Of a stretch of DNA of 64,000 bases, positions 58,501-64,000 are shown one piece after another. The DNA is taken from the NCBI RefSeq assembly GCF_018350175.1, contig NC_058382.1:12834001-12898000 (forward strand), given 5' to 3'. The translations under genes were made by a program, and so were the position numbers. Under the pieces are notes generated by a model. That model did not search any database. It was given only the letters and a program-made list of their open reading frames with translations, and was not told the DNA's origin. The stretch is from Felis catus (taxonomy: Eukaryota). Position 1 is the stretch's first letter. Each line of letters opens with the position of its first letter.

Positions 58501-61500
58501 TTCTTTTCTGTGATTTCAAATTGTGTGGAGGGGGGTTTGGCAAAAGTAGAAGACCTTTTTGGAAGCTCTGGTTTGGAAGTTCATTTACAAGTTACTTAGT
58601 AAGAAGGGTACTCGTTTAGAATTTTTAGGGCAGTTAGGTGAATCCTTTTTGTATTACAGATCCTACTAGGGACGTGATCCAAACGTAAAGCAGCGCCATC
58701 TGATAGCGTTTTCCGGAATCATGAAAACACGCAACATCTGTGCTGTCCAGCATGGTTACCACCAGCCACATAATGGCTCTTAAGCCCTTGAAATGTGACC
58801 AGTACAACTGAGAAGTGAATTTTGTATTTCATCTCATTTTAATTAAATTTCGAAGGCCCGTATGTGGCTAGTGGCTACCGTAGCAGACAGCACAGCACTT
58901 TCTCTAGTCAGAAAAATACGAATAATGTGGAATTGTACATTCGGTCTCCAGGAACTCCTGGGGCCCCTGAAATCCAAGCATATGGTCCCTCTGGGGGTGG
59001 GGTCCCTGAATCCAAGGCTATCAGCGTGTGTTTGAGGGGTTGTTGTTGTTCCAGAAACCAAGGCTGAGAGACTCACTGGACCTTTAGACACGAAACACAG
59101 CTGCAGGCTTGCTGGCGGTGGTGTGACCACATCATCCCAGTTTGCCTGGGAGTTTCCTGGCTTTGGCACTGAAAATCCCACGCGCCGGGAAATGCATCGG
59201 TGCCAGGCAAACTGGGAGCCGTGGCCACAGCCTGGCTGGCTGCTGCAGCCAAGGAAAAGCAGTGATGGGCTAAGGAACCCTCAGTGGCTATTTCAGGGGC
59301 AAATGACTGTCCAGAGAGAGTCGTCCTCATCCCCCTCTCCCAACCTGCCCTTGAGACTGCACCCTGTAGTTTGCACTCTCCCCAGCCATGCTGCCTGTTC
59401 TTTGCCCCCCACCAGAGCTGCTGGTGACCGAGGCGGCCCACGTGCGCATGCTCCGGGTGCTGCACGACCTCTTCTACCAGCCCATGGCAGAAGGAGGCTT
59501 CTTCCCCCTGGAGGAGCTACAGTACATCTTCCCCAGCCTGGACGAGCTCATCGAGGTGCATTGTGAGTGCAGGGCAGCAGCCCCACAGTGCGCCCCACCG
59601 TGGGCCCCCTCCTTCAAGGCCTTGGCGGCTAGACCTGGAGCCTAGCACGTCTCCCTGAGTCCCTACCCCGGCCAGCTTCTTTTCTAGCAGTGGGGACAGC
59701 CCCAGACCCCCAGAGCTCACATTCCATGGGGCACATCAATAAGCGTGGGGGTGGGGTGGGGGTGGAGGACAGCCCGTTGGCCCCAGGGTGGGGGTGGGGG
59801 ACAGCCCGTTGGCCCCAAGGATCAGGCAGACACCCTGCAGCCCAGCCACCACCGTCTCCTGACCGGCTCTGCACACAACCTTGCACCCTGACGGAGGTCC
59901 TCACAGGGCCCTGACAGAGCACCCCCTTTCCTCACCGCGCTCCACAGCCCAGTTCCTCGATCAACTGATGAAGCGGAGGCAGGATAGTGGCTACCTCATT
60001 GAGGAGATCGGAGATGTACTGCTGGCCCGGGTGAGGGTGCCCAGCCCCTGCCCCCCCCCCCCCCCCCCGGGAGCCCCTCCTCCCAGCCAGGGACCTGGAA
60101 TCCAGGCCCGAGGAGGCCAGCTCTCAAGCCTCCCCTCCATCAAGACCCGGGGGTCTGGGCCCCTAGCCCTGTCCTCCTGTCTAGGCCGCTATTCCCACGT
60201 GAGGCCCTGCTCTCTCCAATCCTACCTGAGACACCCTCCCTGGCCTGAATCTCACTATAGTTTGATGGTGCCGAAGGCTCCTGGTTCCAGAAAATCTCCT
60301 CCCGCTTCTGCAGCCACCAGTCATTTGCCTTAGAGCAGCTCAAAGCCAAACAGCGCAAGGAGCCTCGGTTCTGTGCCTTTGTGCAGGTAAGGGGGAAGCC
60401 TGGACCCCGGGGCCCCGGAGGGGGCTGGTGTCCCAGTCCCCGAGGTGAGCCGCCTCCACGCTGCTCTCCCCTCAGGAGGCCGAGAGCCGCCCACGGTGCC
60501 GCCGCCTGCAGCTGAAGGACATGATCCCCACGGAGATGCAGCGCCTGACCAAGTACCCCCTGCTCCTGCAGAGCATCGGGCAGAATACAGGTACCGCGGG
60601 CCCCGCTCTCCCATCTCCCGTGTGGCTGTGGGACCCGAGCTTCCGGGGCTGGAGCTCACTGGGGCCGGTCTCTCCTCTGCCACAGAAGAGCTGGCCGAAC
60701 GGGAGAAAGTGGAGCGGGCGGCTGAGTGCTGCCGGGAAATTCTGCACCACGTCAACCAAGCTGTGCGCGACATGGAGGACCTGCTGGTGAGCCCGCGTGT
60801 GGCCCTGGGCCCAGGGCACTGGGACGAATGTGTGCAGAGGTTGGCCCGGCCTTTGTCTCGTCCTCCCCGGGGCCACTTCTTGGGAGGTCGGGCCCAGCCC
60901 TTGGCTTGTCCCCCTCGGGGTCACTGTCGGTCAGCCCCAGCCCTTGGGTTGTCCCCGTGACTCTCCCTTCCCTGCCCCAGCGGCTCAAGGATTATCAGAA
61001 GCGCCTGGATTTGTCCCACCTGCGGCAGAGCAGCGACCCCATGCTGAACGAGTTCAAGGTGGCTCTGCCTGCCCTGGCCTCCCCTCCTCTCCTCTCCCTT
61101 GCCTTCCCCTGCCCTCAGCCAGCCCTGACCCTCTGGCCCCGGGGAGTCTCCCATAATGCACCCAGGGAGCGAGAGCCACCCCTGTGCCCTGCGCCCTGCA
61201 CCCCTCCTCATTCCCAGCGGGTTGCCCCTCCTGATGATCCCCGACTACGACCCTGGCCCTGTGAATCATCCCGACCCTCCCCTGCCCTCGCCTGCATCGA
61301 CCGTGACTCCTTCCTGCCTCCAGAACCTAGACATCACCAGGAGGAAGCTGGTCCACGAGGGCCCGCTGACGTGGCGGGTGACGAAGGACAAGGCTGTAGG
61401 TGGGTGCTGGCGCCGAGTGGGGCCCAGGGGCGGGGCACTCAGAGCGGGGAGGCCGCTGAGCTCCGGCCTTGCCCTGCAGAGGTCCACGTGCTCCTGCTGG

Positions 61501-63625
61501 ACGACCTGCTGCTACTGCTCCAGCGCCAGGACGAGCGGCTGCTGCTCAAGTCGCACAGCCGGACGCTGACGCCCACCCCCGACGGCAAGACCATGCTGCG
61601 GCCCGTGCTGCGGCTCACGTCCGCCATGACCCGCGAGGTGGCCACCGGTGAGGCCTGGCCCGGCGGCCCCGGGCACACCCGCCCGTGGAATGGGAGGTGA
61701 CCCTCTAGAGAGCTGGGGAATGCACGTTCTAGCACTTGGGAGGCCGCTGCAGAGGTTGAGGAGGGGGCGGTGTGAGAGGCCCCCAGCTCGCCGTGGCGGG
61801 GGGCCGGGCCGGGTTGTAGATCTTAGAGCTACACGTGCCCGCACAGGAGCAGCCAGCTCTGACCGGCGTTCGAAAAGACACCGTGGCTGCTTCTTGGGGA
61901 TGGTGGGGGAGCAGCGGTGGGGGCGGGAGCCCAGTGAGGAGGGGTTTGCACGTGTGCTGCCGGGAAGCTGCACCAGGGGCTCCGGGGGTTTGTGTGTAGA
62001 GCTAGACTGGGGACTGGCTGCCTGATGGATTAGGGGGAGTGAGAGGGAGGGACGGACTGAGCTGGGGCGTCCGAGGCCACCGCAGTCAGGGGCTTGCCCA
62101 GGCTCAGGGGAGGCACAAGGTGGGGTGACCCTGGCTCCGAACCCCCCCTCCCTCTTCCTGCAGATCACAAAGCCTTCTATGTCATTTTTACCTGGGACCA
62201 AGAGGCTCAGATCTACGAGCTGGTGGCCCAGACCGTGTCGGAACGGAAGAAGTGAGGGGGTCTGGGTTCTAAGCTTGGGTGGAAGAGGAGGTCCAGGCCC
62301 CGGGTCTCCATGGGGCAGGGCTGGCGGTGGGAGGCCCGGACACAGGGTCTGGGGGGCTCTGACTGCCCCGGGGCCTGTCTCCCCAGCTGGTGTGCCCTCA
62401 TCACGGAGACCGCTGGATCCTTGAAGGTCCCTGCCCCTGCCTCTCGCCCCAAACCCCGGCCCAGCCCAAGCAGGTGAGGGGCCTGGGAGGAAATTGGAGG
62501 GCTGAGGAGCCGGGGGAGACCTCTTTCTGTGCCCCCAGAACCTGAGCTCTAGCCCTGTGTGTGTGTGCGTGTGTGTGCACGTGCGTGCACACCCACCACC
62601 CCGTCACAGCCCATCTGGCTCCTCTCCAGGTCCCTCTGTCTCCATCTTCCAGCCTCAATTTCTCTTTGTCTCTGAACCTCTCTGCCCCCTGCTGTTGTCT
62701 CCCTGCTGCCCCCCAGGGCTGTGGGGTCACCCAGTACTTCTCCCCACAGCACCCGGGAACCCCTGCTCAGCAGCTCGGACAATGGCAACTGTGGTGGCCG
62801 AGAGATGCCCCCAGCTGACGGTGAGCCTTTTCGGGGGGTGCTGGAAGGGGGCAGGGTTGCCAAGGATACCCGGCCGGAACTGAGCGCCCTCCCTGCTCCC
62901 CCACCCAGGCCGCATGGAGAGAATCTTCAGCACCCTCCTGCCCTACTGCAGACCCGGCCCTGAAGGCCAGCTGGCAGCCAAGGCCCTTGAGAAAGGTAGC
63001 CCTGTGCCGTCCCGTCCTGCTGCCAGCCCGGCTTTCCAGCTCACCTCCTGCCCGGGCCTGCATGCCAGGCCTATACCACCACCCTCGGGGGGCCGAGCCC
63101 CTCCTTCTGCAGCCTCTGTCCCTTCCTTGACCTTTCAATTCAACCTCTCCCAGGACGCCATCTTCCGTGCCCTCCCACCCTGCCCCAGCTCTAGCCACAG
63201 GCTCACCTCCGCACCCCACCTCCCCTCTTTGCCAGTCCTGCCTCTGACTCTGTCCTCTTGTCCCTGGCCAGTGCTGTCCCTGAAGCAACTCCTGTTTCCC
63301 TCGGAGGAAGATAGTGGGGCGGGGCCTCCCCGTGAAGGGGATGGGGTCCCGGGGGGCGGCCCCCCGAGCCCGACACAGACCCAGACCCAGGAAATTCAGG
63401 AGAAGCTGCTCAGCCTGGAGGAGACCATTAAACAGCTGGAGGTGGTGGCCTGGGGGGAGGGTCAGAGTGGGGGGGAGGATGGGGCTCGGTGGAGGGACGT
63501 CACTCATTGATGACCTTTCTGCCCCCGACCCCCCCAACCAGGAGGTGGAAGAGGAATTCTGTCGTGTACGACTCCTCCTGTCTCAGCTTGGGGAAAACCC
63601 TGTCCCCCAGCCTGGCTGTACCTGA
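50295..63625 (+). CDS. ARHGEF1: Rho guanine nucleotide exchange factor 1 (p115RhoGEF; RH/RGS-DH-PH), ~916 aa once two 1-bp insertions are corrected
   Basis: Constitutive exons 50295-50324, 50407-50490, 50947-51060, 53266-53364, 53564-53606, 53804-54052 (frameshifted), 54490-54519, 54796-54895, 55041-55137, 55214-55249, 55383-55520, 56229-56334, 57827-57972, 59416-59562, 59948-60030, 60261-60386, 60476-60590, 60686-60786, 60981-61058, 61324-61399, 61480-61647, 62164-62251, 62387-62473, 62750-62820, 62909-62995, 63272-63441 and 63542-63625. Motifs: IIGAEDEDFENE, KRQEVISELLVTEAAHV, MQRLTKYPLLL, KLVHEGPLTW, VPQPGCT*. Confidence 0.96.
52640..52833 (-). mobile_element. SINEC element, preceded by a (CA)n tract (~52570-52608) and followed by a MIR remnant
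   Basis: T-tail, GATCATGACCTGAGCTGAAATCAAGAG motif; MIR core ACTTACTAGCTGTGTGACCTTGAGCAAG. Confidence 0.8.
56819..56830 (+). CDS. ARHGEF1: Putative 12-nt alternative microexon of ARHGEF1 (R-K-W-K)
   Basis: CTCTGAC branch-like site, pyrimidine tract, CCCCAG|AAAGTGGAAGAG|GTGGGT; phase 2-2 and frame-preserving. Confidence 0.55.
57165..57362. repeat. Degenerate pyrimidine-rich minisatellite (~25-28-bp unit CTGTCCCTGTCCTGGTCTCTCCC, ~7 copies)
   Basis: Repeated units visible immediately upstream of the cassette exon acceptor. Confidence 0.75.
57377..57544 (+). CDS. ARHGEF1: 168-nt alternative cassette exon of ARHGEF1 (linker before the DH domain)
   Basis: TCCAG|G...AC|GTAGGT, phase 2-2. Encodes RLSGRLGRSESLRVSDRRRPSRGSLGAKGRGGGRSRSDVDMDPSSATAVLGPARRAT; the RSRSDVDMD motif is shared with PDZ-RhoGEF/LARG as I recall. 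Confidence 0.85.
58690..58897. mobile_element. MER3-like hAT DNA transposon
   Basis: TGTGCTGTCCAGCATGGTTACCACCAGCCACAT...ATGTGGCTAGTGGCTACCGTAGCAGACAGCACAG inverted-repeat structure. Confidence 0.7.
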
Positions 63626-63957
63626 GGCTTCCTGCCCCAGGCAGGTGAGTGGGGGAACCAGAGGCCCCAACACTGCCCAGAGGGGAGGGACCAGAATGGG
63701 CATTTCAGGGCTCCCTTGTCCACAGCCCCGTCCATCTCTCTCCCTTGGTCTTGCAGCATCTCCCCGTGCCACCTCCTGGCCATCAGTTTCTGCTTCTCGG
63801 GCTCTTCTGTCCCCTCCCTGCCCATCCTCTCCCTTCCCTCCCTCTTCTCTTTGCCCCCCACCTCTGTCCTCCCAACTCCACACCCTCTCCCCCATCTCCC
63901 TGCCTTTTCTCTGCTGCTGTCTTCATCTCTCCACTTCCCTTCCCCTCCAGCCCCCAG

Positions 63958-64000
63958 GCCTTCCGCAAGACTGAGGGCCACCCGCCCCCACCGCACAGCT
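63958..64000 (+). other. ARHGEF1: Start of the final non-coding (3' UTR) exon of ARHGEF1
   Basis: Donor GCAG|GTGAGT after 63644, 19 nt past the stop; long pyrimidine tract and CCCCCAG| acceptor at 63957. Confidence 0.7.

Noticed and set aside
59765-59820. Short direct repeat GGACAGCCCGTTGGCCCCA in an ARHGEF1 intron
   Set aside because: Simple two-copy local duplication; not an array and no functional cue.
63626-63957. Intron in the ARHGEF1 3' UTR as an NMD trigger
   Set aside because: The stop is only 19 nt upstream of the junction, within the ~50-nt NMD-escape window.

Overview
Mammalian genomic DNA, almost certainly a felid (dense carnivore tRNA-derived CAN/SINEC elements, several young SINEC_Fc-type copies), from a draft assembly with three N-gaps. 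Gene order matches the conserved block at human 19q13.2. It runs: 3' end of an ITAM-bearing CEACAM (CEACAM3/4-like, +), LYPD4 (-), a shared CpG-island promoter, DMRTC2 (+), RPS19 (+), CD79A (+), and the whole ARHGEF1 coding region (+). I built exon-by-exon models by hand from splice sites and reading phase. DMRTC2 (372 aa), RPS19 (145 aa) and CD79A (236 aa) are intact. Two genes show apparent lesions: LYPD4 lacks the GT donor of its second coding intron (reads CT), and ARHGEF1 has two 1-bp insertions in one RH/RGS-domain exon. Either could be a real loss-of-function allele or an assembly error. Other points are a 12-nt ARHGEF1 microexon plus a 168-nt cassette exon behind a 256-nt AG-exclusion zone, ARHGEF1 start-codon turnover, an LTR-donated polyA signal for DMRTC2, and a weak candidate unannotated spliced transcript between DMRTC2 and RPS19. 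I found no convincing wholly new biological system. Most ORFs in the track are spurious GC-rich or SINE-derived frames. Comparisons to human, mouse and dog proteins are from memory, not from a database search, and repeat boundaries are approximate.
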